A stretch of DNA of 64,000 nucleotides, taken from positions 2,458 to 66,457 of the IMG/VR virus record IMGVR_UViG_3300025880_000014; one strand, given 5' to 3'. The notes under the pieces were generated by a model, which worked only from the letters and a program-made list of their open reading frames with translations, did not search any database and was not told where the DNA came from. Position numbers and translations under genes: made by a program. Shown piece by piece: positions 46,901 to 56,389 of the stretch; within the stretch, counting starts at the first letter, position 1, and each line of letters begins with the position of its first letter. This DNA comes from a virus.

Positions 46901-49558
46901 TTATTGGATAAATCCGTTTGAAACAATATAGCCTGTTCCATTATCGTCTGTGAAAAATCCGTTAAAACCATTACCTATAGATCCACTTCCATGATAACCT
47001 TGTGGTCCTCTTGGTCCTGTTGGTCCATATCCGACTGGTCCCATACTTCCAGTTAATCCTCTTGCTCCTGCTGTTCCAGCTCCTCCGCCAGATCCTTGGA
47101 ATCCTCTTGGTCCTGTTGATCCATTTGCTCCTTGATATCCGACTGATCCTACTATCTGATTTCCTTGTGCTCCTGTTGCACCCTGGGCTCCTGGTATTCC
47201 TGTATATCCTTGAGGTCCTCTTGCTCCTTGAACTCCGTTTGGTCCTTTATATCCTGTTGGTCCATTATTACCTTGTGGTCCTCTTGACCCCGTTGGTCCT
47301 GTTGAACCTGTAGCTCCCTGTGGTCCCGTATTTCCTTGTGATCCCTGTGGACCAGTTGGTCCTTTATAACCTCCACCTCCGGCGGATCCGGATCCTCCTT
47401 GATATCCTCTTGGTCCTGTATTACCAGTGGCTCCTTGTGCACCTTGGAATCCTGATATTCCTTTGTTTCCAGTGGCTCCTTGTGTTCCTCTATCTCCCAC
47501 TGCCGAAGTAGTTCCAGTAAGTCCTTTATTACCAATAAATCCAGTATAACCTTTTGCTCCAGTTACTCCTTGTGCTCCAGTTGATCCCTGTGCTCCTTGA
47601 TTTCCTTTAGCTCCAGTATTTCCCTGTGCTCCTGTTAATCCAGTTGCTCCTTTTAATCCAGTATATCCAGTTACTCCCTGTGCTCCTTGATTTCCTTGTG
47701 ATCCGTTAACTCCTGTTTTACCAATAAATCCAGTATAACCTGTTGCTCCAGTTCCTCCTTGTGAACCGTTAACTCCAGGATAACCAGTTGGTCCCGTTGG
47801 TCCTTGATTTCCAACGGCTCCAGTTCCTCCAGTTGCTCCTTTAGCTCCAACAAGTCCAGTATATCCTTTTGGTCCGGTTGCACCCTGTGCTCCTGTAAAT
47901 CCAGTAGGTCCTGTTGAACCTTTAGCTCCCTGTGCTCCTTGTGCTCCTTTTACATTAGTAAATCCTTGAGGTCCCGTTGGCCCTTGAGGACCGGTGTTAC
48001 CAACCGCAGATGTTGTTCCTGTTAATCCTTTAAAACCAGTAGCTCCTTTTGCTCCTTGTGCTCCTTGTACTCCTGTTAATCCTTTAAAACCAGTAGCTCC
48101 TTTTGCTCCTTGTGCTCCTTGTGCTCCTTTAGGTCTTTGAGATCCCTGAGGTCCCTGAGCTCCTTTTGCTCCTTGAGAACCTTTATTACCAGTAGCTCCT
48201 TTAGCTCCTATTGCTCCCTGGAATCCTCTTTCACCAAGTGAACCTTGATTTCCGATAACACCCTGGGGTCCAGTTGATCCCTGTGCTCCTTGATTTCCTT
48301 TTACTCCTTCAAATCCTGTTGAACCAACAATTCCTATATAACCAGTATCTCCTTTGAAACCGGTAAATCCTGTAGATCCTTTAGCACCCTGTGCTCCAGT
48401 AACTCCTTGGAATCCCTTTGGTCCCGTAACTCCTTGTGGTCCTCTTCCACCAGCTCCGCCAGTTAATCCTTGATAACCAGTTGCTCCAATATTACCTTTA
48501 GCTCCTTGATTTCCTTTAGCTCCAGTATCTCCTTTAAGTCCGTTAGATCCTGTAATACCAACATACCCAGTAGAACCTGTAGCTCCTGTTGCTCCTTGAT
48601 AACCAGTTGCTCCAATATTACCTTTAGCTCCTTGATTTCCTTTAGCTCCAGTATCTCCTTTAAGTCCGTTAGATCCTGTAATACCAACATACCCAGTAGA
48701 ACCTGTAGCTCCAGTATCTCCTTGATAACCTGTTGCTCCAGTAGATCCTTGCGCTCCTTGAGATCCAGTACTTCCTTTATCTCCTAAAAGACCTTGAAAT
48801 CCTCTTTCACCAGGATCTCCTGGTAAAGAATCCGAAGCAGTTGCTCCTTTAAATCCTTTTTGTCCTGTTGAACCTTTAGCTCCCTGAGATCCTTTAACTC
48901 CATTAGTTCCAGGTAATCCTTCAAAACCGGTAGATCCTTTAGATCCCTGTGCTCCATCAACTCCGGTAAATCCTTTTAAACCGGTTGAACCTTGTGATCC
49001 TTTATTTCCTTTAACTGATGTTGCTCCTTTTGCTCCTTGGAATCCTCTTTCTCCAGTATCTCCTTGTGTACCTTGTGTACCTTTAATACCGACAGAACCT
49101 TGACTTCCTTGAAAACCTCTTTCTCCGTTAATTCCTTTTACACCCTGTGCTCCAGTAAAACCTTGGAATCCTTGAAGTCCAATAGAACCTTGATCGCCGA
49201 CTTGTCCTTGATAACCATTAGAACCATTAGGACCTAATATACCTGTTATTCCTTTTTCTCCTCTAATTCCAGTAGCTCCGGTAAAACCTTGAAGACCAGT
49301 AGATCCTTGATTACCTTTACTACCAGTAGATCCTTGATCACCTTGACTACCTTGATAACCCCCAGTTCCAACGAAACCTTGATTACCTGTATCACCTTGA
49401 TGACCGACACTACCGTCGGATCCAACAGATCCTTGGGATCCTTGAGATCCCAATTCACCGTTCGGTCCAATAAGCTGAGGAAAATTCGTGCTATTAAGGT
49501 TACCACTGTGTAATACGAGATTACCGTCTAACGTAGTACCTAAGATAAATTTTGCCAT
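46901..49558 (-). CDS. Collagen-like fibre protein, chain B (885 aa)
   Basis: Gly-X-Y from aa 31 to about 859 (277 triplet equivalents). Confidence 0.9.
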   Translation of the reverse strand: MAKFILGTTLDGNLVLHSGNLNSTNFPQLIGPNGELGSQGSQGSVGSDGSVGHQGDTGNQGFVGTGGYQGSQGDQGSTGSKGNQGSTGLQGFTGATGIRGEKGITGILGPNGSNGYQGQVGDQGSIGLQGFQGFTGAQGVKGINGERGFQGSQGSVGIKGTQGTQGDTGERGFQGAKGATSVKGNKGSQGSTGLKGFTGVDGAQGSKGSTGFEGLPGTNGVKGSQGAKGSTGQKGFKGATASDSLPGDPGERGFQGLLGDKGSTGSQGAQGSTGATGYQGDTGATGSTGYVGITGSNGLKGDTGAKGNQGAKGNIGATGYQGATGATGSTGYVGITGSNGLKGDTGAKGNQGAKGNIGATGYQGLTGGAGGRGPQGVTGPKGFQGVTGAQGAKGSTGFTGFKGDTGYIGIVGSTGFEGVKGNQGAQGSTGPQGVIGNQGSLGERGFQGAIGAKGATGNKGSQGAKGAQGPQGSQRPKGAQGAQGAKGATGFKGLTGVQGAQGAKGATGFKGLTGTTSAVGNTGPQGPTGPQGFTNVKGAQGAQGAKGSTGPTGFTGAQGATGPKGYTGLVGAKGATGGTGAVGNQGPTGPTGYPGVNGSQGGTGATGYTGFIGKTGVNGSQGNQGAQGVTGYTGLKGATGLTGAQGNTGAKGNQGAQGSTGAQGVTGAKGYTGFIGNKGLTGTTSAVGDRGTQGATGNKGISGFQGAQGATGNTGPRGYQGGSGSAGGGGYKGPTGPQGSQGNTGPQGATGSTGPTGSRGPQGNNGPTGYKGPNGVQGARGPQGYTGIPGAQGATGAQGNQIVGSVGYQGANGSTGPRGFQGSGGGAGTAGARGLTGSMGPVGYGPTGPRGPQGYHGSGSIGNGFNGFFTDDNGTGYIVSNGFIQ
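48017..48124. repeat. 54-bp tandem duplication in collagen B ([15 protein letters not shown])
   Basis: Identical run starting at 48017 and 48071. Confidence 0.8.
48471..48722. repeat. 126-bp tandem duplication in collagen B (14 triplets)
   Basis: 48471-48596 vs 48597-48722: 123/126 identical. Confidence 0.9.
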
Positions 49559-49593
49559 GTTATTATTTTTATATTTTTATTTGTTTTATATTG

Positions 49594-52467
49594 TTATCCA
49601 ATATTTACACCGTTTTGGATAGTACGTACTCCACGCGTATGAAATATTTGACCGCTAAATCCTCCGGTTGCATTATTACCTTGATAACCCTGTGGTCCTC
49701 TTGCTCCGGTACCAGATCCACCCTGGACTCCTTGATAACCTTGTGGTCCTCTTGCAGGTGCAGGCTGTCCTCCAGCGCCTTGATAACCTTGAGGTCCTGA
49801 TGTTGCGGAAGCTCCTTTTGCTCCTTGTGTTCCTTGTGCTCCTGTTGCTCCTTTTAAACCTTGAGGTCCTCTTGGTCCTGCACCACCATTAAGTCCTACA
49901 TAACCTTGTGCTCCACGTGCTCCAACGTTTCCGTTTGCACCTTGTACTCCTTGAGGTCCTGTATATCCTTGAACTCCTTGAGCTCCCTGGGTTCCTTGAG
50001 CTCCTCTTACAGTACCTGCAGGTCCAATAAAACCTTTAAGTCCGGTTGAACCTTGTGGTCCTCTTACTCCCTGTGGCCCTGTTGGTCCTGTATATCCTTT
50101 TGGTCCTGTTGCTCCTTGGAATCCTCTGTGACCTGGCGCACCACTATAACCTTGTGGTCCAGTTAGTCCTTTATAACCCTGTACTCCTTGAGTTCCTCTT
50201 GCAGCCGCAGTTCCCTGTGGTCCAGTTATTCCTTTATCACCAGTAGCTCCTTGTGGTCCTCTTGGTCCAGTAGATCCTTTAAAACCTGTATCTCCTTTTG
50301 CTCCTTGTGCTCCTCTAATTCCTTGTGGTCCAAGATCTCCAGTAGGTCCAGTTGCTCCTTTAGGTCCGATATATCCGATATATCCTTTTGGTCCAGTTGC
50401 TCCTTGAGGTCCTTTAATTCCTTTTGCTCCAGTTGCTCCTTGATTACCCTTTGGTCCAGTTATTCCCTGAACTCCTTTTGCTCCTTGAACACCAATTGTT
50501 CCCTGAGCTCCTTGAGGTCCAGTATTTCCTTGAGGTCCTCTAATAGTTCCAGTACTTCCGGTTGCTCCTTGAAAACCTTTATTACCAGTAGCTCCGGTTG
50601 CTCCTTGATTACCTTTAATTCCTTGGAATCCTCTGTCTCCAGTTGCTGCAGTAGATCCTTTAAGACCTTGTGCTCCTCTAACTCCTTGATTTCCTTGGAA
50701 TCCTCTTGGTGCAGCAGTTCCCTGTGCTCCAGTATTTCCTTGAAATCCAATCTTTCCAGTTGGTCCTAAATCACCAATTGCTCCGGTATTTCCTTGAACT
50801 CCAATAAATCCTTTATCTCCTTTAATTGCACTTGGTGCGATATATCCAGTATCTCCCTGGAATCCTCTGTCTCCAGTTGCTCCTTGATTACCCTGTGCTC
50901 CTGTTACTCCAGTATATCCTTTTGCACCAGTAGTACCTTTAGCTCCTTGGAATCCTCTTGGTCCGCTAGATCCTTGATGTCCTCTTTCACCAGCATCTCC
51001 TTGAACTCCTTTTGAACCTTGTGGTCCAACTGCTCCAACAGATCCCTGTGCTCCTATTATTCCAGTGTTTCCTTGAACTCCAGTTGCTCCAGTTGCTCCT
51101 TTATCTCCAGTTGCTCCTTGAGGTCCTGTATAACCTTTTGCTCCTTGTGCTCCAAGAGGTCCTGTTAAACCTTTAGCTCCTTGATCTCCTTTGAAACCTT
51201 GATCTCCTTTAAGACCAACATTTCCAATAACACCTTGGTTTCCTTGAAAACCTCTTGGACCAGTGTTACCCTGTGCTCCAGTTGATCCTTTTAAACCTTT
51301 AGCTCCTTGATCTCCTTTGAAACCTTGATCTCCTTTAAGACCAACATTTCCAATAACACCTTGGTTTCCTTGAAAACCTCTTGGACCAGTGTTACCCTGT
51401 GCTCCAGTTGATCCTTTTAAACCTTTAGCTCCCTGTGATCCTTTAAAACCTCTTTCACCAATGATACCATCGGCTCCAGTAGATCCTTGATAACCTGTTG
51501 CTCCAGTAGATCCTTGTGTTCCTATTACTTTATTAATACCAGCGTCTCCTTGAGTTCCTTGATTTCCTTGAAAACCTCTGTCTCCTACGGGTCCGTTAAT
51601 ACCTGTTGTTCCTTTAATTCCTTTGTCTCCTTGGAATCCTCTGGCTCCATTTGAACCATTATTTCCTTTTGCTCCTTGAGGTCCTGTAAATCCAACGTCT
51701 CCTTGTGCTCCTCTGTTTCCATCAAGTCCTTTATAACCTGTTGCTCCAGTTGAACCTTTAAAACCTTGATCTCCGATTACTCCATCAGAACCTTGATCAC
51801 CTTTATAACCGGTAACCCCTTGATTTCCCTGAACTCCAATAGGTCCAGTAACTCCTTTGTTTCCGATAGATCCTTGGAATCCTCTGGCACCGTCTACGCC
51901 TGTTAAACCCTTAGTACCTTGAGTACCTTTAGTTCCTTGGTTTCCTTGGAATCCTCTTTCACCTTGATTTCCAACAATACCTTTAGATCCTTGAAATCCT
52001 CTTTCACCTTTAGCCCCAGTAGTACCTGAAATACCAATATCTCCTACTAATCCTTTACTACCACGTGATCCTTCACTACCAGTATCTCCTACTAATCCAG
52101 TATTTCCGAGAGAACCTTTATCTCCACGAAAACCTTCATCACCGGTATTTCCTTTTACTCCTTTTAAAGAAGAGAAATCACTAGGTGTAAAATTACCAGG
52201 TCTTAATATTAGATTGCCACCGATTGTTGAATCAGCCTTAAAGCTTCCGCCACCATCAAAAATACCACCCGCTATAATTGCGGAATCAGTACTCCTAATA
52301 GTTAACACATTCCCCGCAGGGAATGTGTTTAACTCTTCTAGGTAAGACGGCGTATAGACGATAGCTGAATCTTGGTCAATTCCTGCTCTGTTCGAGTTTT
52401 CATCGATCTGAGCCTGGAATTCTCCGGTAGATTGTACTAGTTTTATCGCTATTTTATTAAATGCCAT
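49594..52467 (-). CDS. Collagen-like fibre protein, chain C (957 aa) with a 102-aa N-terminal domain
   Basis: Gly-X-Y from aa 103 to about 932 (276 triplet equivalents). Confidence 0.9.
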   Translation of the reverse strand: MAFNKIAIKLVQSTGEFQAQIDENSNRAGIDQDSAIVYTPSYLEELNTFPAGNVLTIRSTDSAIIAGGIFDGGGSFKADSTIGGNLILRPGNFTPSDFSSLKGVKGNTGDEGFRGDKGSLGNTGLVGDTGSEGSRGSKGLVGDIGISGTTGAKGERGFQGSKGIVGNQGERGFQGNQGTKGTQGTKGLTGVDGARGFQGSIGNKGVTGPIGVQGNQGVTGYKGDQGSDGVIGDQGFKGSTGATGYKGLDGNRGAQGDVGFTGPQGAKGNNGSNGARGFQGDKGIKGTTGINGPVGDRGFQGNQGTQGDAGINKVIGTQGSTGATGYQGSTGADGIIGERGFKGSQGAKGLKGSTGAQGNTGPRGFQGNQGVIGNVGLKGDQGFKGDQGAKGLKGSTGAQGNTGPRGFQGNQGVIGNVGLKGDQGFKGDQGAKGLTGPLGAQGAKGYTGPQGATGDKGATGATGVQGNTGIIGAQGSVGAVGPQGSKGVQGDAGERGHQGSSGPRGFQGAKGTTGAKGYTGVTGAQGNQGATGDRGFQGDTGYIAPSAIKGDKGFIGVQGNTGAIGDLGPTGKIGFQGNTGAQGTAAPRGFQGNQGVRGAQGLKGSTAATGDRGFQGIKGNQGATGATGNKGFQGATGSTGTIRGPQGNTGPQGAQGTIGVQGAKGVQGITGPKGNQGATGAKGIKGPQGATGPKGYIGYIGPKGATGPTGDLGPQGIRGAQGAKGDTGFKGSTGPRGPQGATGDKGITGPQGTAAARGTQGVQGYKGLTGPQGYSGAPGHRGFQGATGPKGYTGPTGPQGVRGPQGSTGLKGFIGPAGTVRGAQGTQGAQGVQGYTGPQGVQGANGNVGARGAQGYVGLNGGAGPRGPQGLKGATGAQGTQGAKGASATSGPQGYQGAGGQPAPARGPQGYQGVQGGSGTGARGPQGYQGNNATGGFSGQIFHTRGVRTIQNGVNIG
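51165..51432. repeat. 126-bp perfect tandem duplication in collagen C (14 triplets)
   Basis: 51165-51290 vs 51291-51416: 126/126 identical, plus a 16-bp third partial copy. Confidence 0.9.
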
Positions 52468-52521
52468 ATCTTTGTTTTTATTATTTTTTAGTTACTCCTG
52501 TTTTATTTATTCCAATTAATA

Positions 52522-55500
52522 TTAATCGAATGAGAATGTAATGTCTCCATTTGCATCTCTTTCAATTCTTGCCGTTGGGTTACCGTTAGCATCTTCGAAA
52601 TAAATAGCTTTATCATTGGCGATTGTTATTGAATCTCCATCAAATGCTCCAGTTTCTCCTTGGAATCCTTGATCTCCTTTAGCTCCAGTTAAACCCTGTG
52701 CTCCAGTATCTCCTTTGAAACCTTGATCTCCTTTGAATCCTTGGTCTCCTTTAGCTCCAGTTAAACCCTGTGCTCCAGTATCTCCTTTGAAACCTTGATC
52801 TCCTTTGAATCCTTGGTCTCCTTTAATACCTTGAATACCATCGTCTCCTTTAGTACCTTGAACTCCTTGAATACCTTGAATACCATCGTCTCCTTTGAAT
52901 CCTTGATCTCCTTTTAAACCAGTATCTCCTTTGAAACCTTGATCTCCTTTAAGACCTTGAATACCTTGAATACCATCGTCTCCTTTAGTACCCTGAACTC
53001 CAATAACTCCTTGTTCCCCTTGGAAACCTTGAATACCTTGCTCTCCAGTATCTCCTTTGAAACCTTGATCTCCTTTAAGACCTTGAATACCTTGAATACC
53101 ATCGTCTCCTTTAGTACCTTGAACTCCTTGAATACCTTGAATACCATCGTCTCCTTTGAATCCTTGATCTCCTTTTAAACCAGTATCTCCTTTGAAACCT
53201 TGATCTCCTTTTAAACCAGTATCTCCTTTGAAACCTTGATCTCCTTTAAGACCTTGAATACCTTGAATACCATCGTCTCCTTTAGTACCCTGAACTCCAA
53301 TAACTCCTTGTTCCCCTTGGAAACCTTGAATACCTTGCTCTCCAGTATCTCCTTTGAAACCTTGATCTCCTTTGAAACCTTGATCTCCTTTAGCTCCTAA
53401 AGTACCTGATTCTCCTTGGAAACCTTGATCTCCTTTAAGACCTTGAATACCTTGAATACCATCGTCTCCTTTAAGACCTGTATCTCCTTTAAGACCAGTT
53501 TCTCCTTGGAATCCTTGATCTCCTTTAGCTCCAGTATCTCCCTGGAAACCTTGAATACCTTGTTCTCCTTGATCTCCTTTAAGACCATCAATACCTTGGA
53601 AACCTTGATCTCCTTTAGCTCCAGTATCTCCTTGGAAACCTTGATCTCCTTGGAAACCTTGGAAACCTTGATCACCCTGTGCTCCAATTTTCATTGGTGT
53701 GAAAGATACAATAATTTGACCATTTGCTGATGGGATGTTCGCTGCGTACGCGTCGTTAGTCATGTGTTCCGCAGAAGAAGTACCACCATCGTAATTACTG
53801 TTTGAACCACCAACTCTTACCATGTCTACTCTAAGATCTCCTCTTCCGGCAGAACCTAAAATAATGGAAGCGTTTGATGCTTCATATAAATGATATTTAC
53901 TAGAGTCTCCATTCTTAGAAACTTTTACGTAAATTCTATCGTAACCATCAGATACCATATTTGTAAATAAAGAATTCATGTGGTTGATATCTTGCAATCC
54001 GTTTGCGATATCTGAGAACCACCATTCTTGAGAACCTCCATAAATAAATGAAGATGCTTCAGTATGTCCTAATTGATTAACGTTTGTGTATTTATTATCT
54101 GAGAAGGTAATACCATCATAAACAACTGATAAACCACCAGCGTTACCTACAGTACCTTGGAATCCTTGATCTCCTTGATCTCCTTTAAGACCTTGGAAAC
54201 CTTGATCTCCTTGGAAACCTTGGAAACCTTGATCTCCAGTTTCTCCTTGAATACCTTGTTCTCCTTGATCTCCTTTAAGACCAGTATCTCCTTGGAAACC
54301 TTGATCACCTTGGAAACCTTGATCACCTTGGAAACCTTGGAAACCTTGATCTCCTTTAGCTCCTAATGTACCATCAACTCCTTGGAAACCTTGATCTCCT
54401 TTAGCTCCAGTATCTCCTTGGAATCCTTGATCTCCTTTAGTACCCTGAACTCCGATAACTCCTTGTTCTCCAGTATCTCCTTTGAAACCTTGAATACCTT
54501 GCTCTCCAGTATCTCCTTTGAAACCTTGATCTCCTTTAAGACCTTGAATACCTTGCTCTCCTGTATCTCCTTTAGTACCCTGAACTCCAATAACTCCTTG
54601 TTCCCCTTGGAAACCTTGAATACCTTGCTCTCCTGTATCTCCTTTAAGACCAGTTTCTCCTTGGATACCTTGGATACCTTGTTCTCCAGTATCTCCTTTA
54701 AAACCTTGATCTCCTTTAAGACCTTGAATACCTTGAATACCATCGTCTCCTTTAAGACCTGTATCTCCTTTAAGACCAGTTTCTCCTTGGATACCTTGGA
54801 TACCTTGTTCTCCAGTATCTCCTTTAAAACCTTGATCTCCTTTAAGACCTGTATCTCCTTTAAGACCAGTTTCTCCTTGGATACCTTGCTCTCCTGTATC
54901 TCCTTTAAAACCTTGATCTCCTTTAAGACCTTGAATACCTTGTTCTCCAGTGTCTCCTTTGAATCCTTGATCTCCTTTAAGACCAGTTTCTCCTTGGATA
55001 CCTTGGATACCTTGTTCTCCAGTATCTCCTTTAAGACCAGTTTCTCCTTGGATACCTTGAATACCTTGTTCTCCAGTATCTCCTTTAGTACCCTGAACTC
55101 CAATAACTCCTTGTTCCCCTTGGAAACCTTGAATACCTTGCTCTCCTGTATCTCCTTTAAGACCTGTATCTCCTTGGAATCCTTGATCTCCTTTAAGACC
55201 AGTTTCTCCTTGGATACCTTGGATACCTTGTTCTCCAGTATCTCCTTTGAAACCTTGATCTCCTTTAAGACCTTGAATACCTTGTTCTCCAGTATCTCCT
55301 TTAAAACCTTGATCTCCTTTAAGACCTTGAATACCTTGCTCTCCTGTATCTCCTTTAAGACCTGTATCTCCTTGGAATCCTTGATCTCCTTTAAGACCAG
55401 TTTCTCCTTGGATACCTTGTTCTCCAGTATCTCCTTTAAGACCAGTTTCTCCTTGGATACCTTGAATACCTTGTTCTCCAGTATCTCCTTTAGTACCTAC

Positions 55501-56361
55501 AGTACCTTGAACTCCGATAACTCCTTGTTCCCCTTGGAAACCTTGAATACCTTGTTCTCCAGTGTCTCCTTTGAATCCTTGATCTCCTTTAAGACCAGTT
55601 TCTCCTTGGATACCTTGGATACCTTGTTCTCCAGTATCTCCTTTAAGACCAGTTTCTCCTTGGATACCTTGAATACCTTGTTCTCCAGTATCTCCTTTAA
55701 AACCTTGATCTCCTTTAAGACCTTGAATACCTTGTTCCCCAGTATCTCCTTTAGTACCTACAGTACCTTGAACTCCGATAACTCCTTGTTCCCCTTGGAA
55801 ACCTTGAATACCTTGATCTCCTTTAAGACCAGTTTCTCCTTGAATACCTTGTTCTCCTTGATCTCCTTGGATACCTTGGTCTCCTTGGATACCTTGATCT
55901 CCTTTTAATCCTTGATCTCCTTTAATACCTTGAATACCATCGTCTCCTTTGAAACCTTGATCTCCTTGAAGACCTTGATCTCCTGTATCTCCTTTAGTAC
56001 CTACAGTACCTTGAACTCCGATAACTCCTTGTTCCCCTTGGAAACCTTGAATACCTTGATCTCCTTTAAGACCAGTTTCTCCTTGAATACCTTGTTCTCC
56101 TTGATCTCCTTTAAGACCAGTTTCTCCTTTAAGACCAGTTTCTCCTTTGAAACCTTGATCTCCTTTAATACCTTGAATACCTTGTTCACCGGTATCTCCT
56201 TTAAAACCTTGATCTCCTTGAAGACCTTGATCTCCTTGAAAACCTTGAACCCCATCAATACCCTGATCTCCTTGGAAACCTTGATCTCCTTGTGTACCTT
56301 GATATCCGGATCCTTGATCTCCCTGAGGACCTGCGGTAGAAATATATGCTGAATATGCCAT
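52522..56361 (-). CDS. Collagen-like protein D (1279 aa): two Gly-X-Y tracts (about aa 11-741 and 893-1240) around a ~150-aa globular insert
   Basis: Built from GDQ/GFQ/GLK/GDT/GEQ/GIQ modules; almost Pro-free. Confidence 0.9.
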   Translation of the reverse strand: MAYSAYISTAGPQGDQGSGYQGTQGDQGFQGDQGIDGVQGFQGDQGLQGDQGFKGDTGEQGIQGIKGDQGFKGETGLKGETGLKGDQGEQGIQGETGLKGDQGIQGFQGEQGVIGVQGTVGTKGDTGDQGLQGDQGFKGDDGIQGIKGDQGLKGDQGIQGDQGIQGDQGEQGIQGETGLKGDQGIQGFQGEQGVIGVQGTVGTKGDTGEQGIQGLKGDQGFKGDTGEQGIQGIQGETGLKGDTGEQGIQGIQGETGLKGDQGFKGDTGEQGIQGFQGEQGVIGVQGTVGTKGDTGEQGIQGIQGETGLKGDTGEQGIQGETGLKGDQGFQGDTGLKGDTGEQGIQGLKGDQGFKGDTGEQGIQGLKGDQGFKGDTGEQGIQGIQGETGLKGDQGFQGDTGLKGDTGEQGIQGFQGEQGVIGVQGTKGDTGEQGIQGIQGETGLKGDTGEQGIQGIQGETGLKGDQGFKGDTGEQGIQGLKGDQGFKGDTGEQGIQGETGLKGDTGLKGDQGFKGDTGEQGIQGIQGETGLKGDTGLKGDDGIQGIQGLKGDQGFKGDTGEQGIQGIQGETGLKGDTGEQGIQGFQGEQGVIGVQGTKGDTGEQGIQGLKGDQGFKGDTGEQGIQGFKGDTGEQGVIGVQGTKGDQGFQGDTGAKGDQGFQGVDGTLGAKGDQGFQGFQGDQGFQGDQGFQGDTGLKGDQGEQGIQGETGDQGFQGFQGDQGFQGLKGDQGDQGFQGTVGNAGGLSVVYDGITFSDNKYTNVNQLGHTEASSFIYGGSQEWWFSDIANGLQDINHMNSLFTNMVSDGYDRIYVKVSKNGDSSKYHLYEASNASIILGSAGRGDLRVDMVRVGGSNSNYDGGTSSAEHMTNDAYAANIPSANGQIIVSFTPMKIGAQGDQGFQGFQGDQGFQGDTGAKGDQGFQGIDGLKGDQGEQGIQGFQGDTGAKGDQGFQGETGLKGDTGLKGDDGIQGIQGLKGDQGFQGESGTLGAKGDQGFKGDQGFKGDTGEQGIQGFQGEQGVIGVQGTKGDDGIQGIQGLKGDQGFKGDTGLKGDQGFKGDTGLKGDQGFKGDDGIQGIQGVQGTKGDDGIQGIQGLKGDQGFKGDTGEQGIQGFQGEQGVIGVQGTKGDDGIQGIQGLKGDQGFKGDTGLKGDQGFKGDDGIQGIQGVQGTKGDDGIQGIKGDQGFKGDQGFKGDTGAQGLTGAKGDQGFKGDQGFKGDTGAQGLTGAKGDQGFQGETGAFDGDSITIANDKAIYFEDANGNPTARIERDANGDITFSFD
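52650..53685. repeat. Low-complexity repeats (second collagen tract of D)
   Basis: Repeated ccttgaataccatcgtctcc and aaaccttgatctcc blocks. Confidence 0.85.
54150..56330. repeat. Low-complexity minisatellite of 9-bp-multiple modules (first collagen tract of D)
   Basis: Recurrent near-identical blocks such as ccttgatctcctttaagacc and ccttgttctccagtatctcc. Confidence 0.85.
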
Positions 56362-56389
56362 AGTTTAATTTACTTTATTTTTATTTTTA

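Noticed and set aside
48017-48124. 54-bp duplication in chain B as a second synchronised event
   Set aside because: I found no matching tandem duplication at triplets ~150-161 in A or C; register is still preserved, so it may be local homogenisation.
54363-56352. Long alternative ORFs (508 aa and 146 aa on plus, 246 aa on minus) over collagen D, and similar ones over A-C
   Set aside because: Shadow frames produced by the repetitive GGA/GGT codon pattern; low-complexity translations with no independent signals.
52522-56361. CRISPR-like or non-coding repeat array
   Set aside because: Repeat units are multiples of 9 bp, have no unique spacers and keep one open Gly-X-Y frame of 1279 codons; they are coding repeats.
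52522-56361. KGD motifs as integrin ligands implying a eukaryotic target
   Set aside because: KGD arises naturally from G-x-K-G-D triplets and is explained by salt-bridge stabilisation; no other sign of a eukaryotic host.
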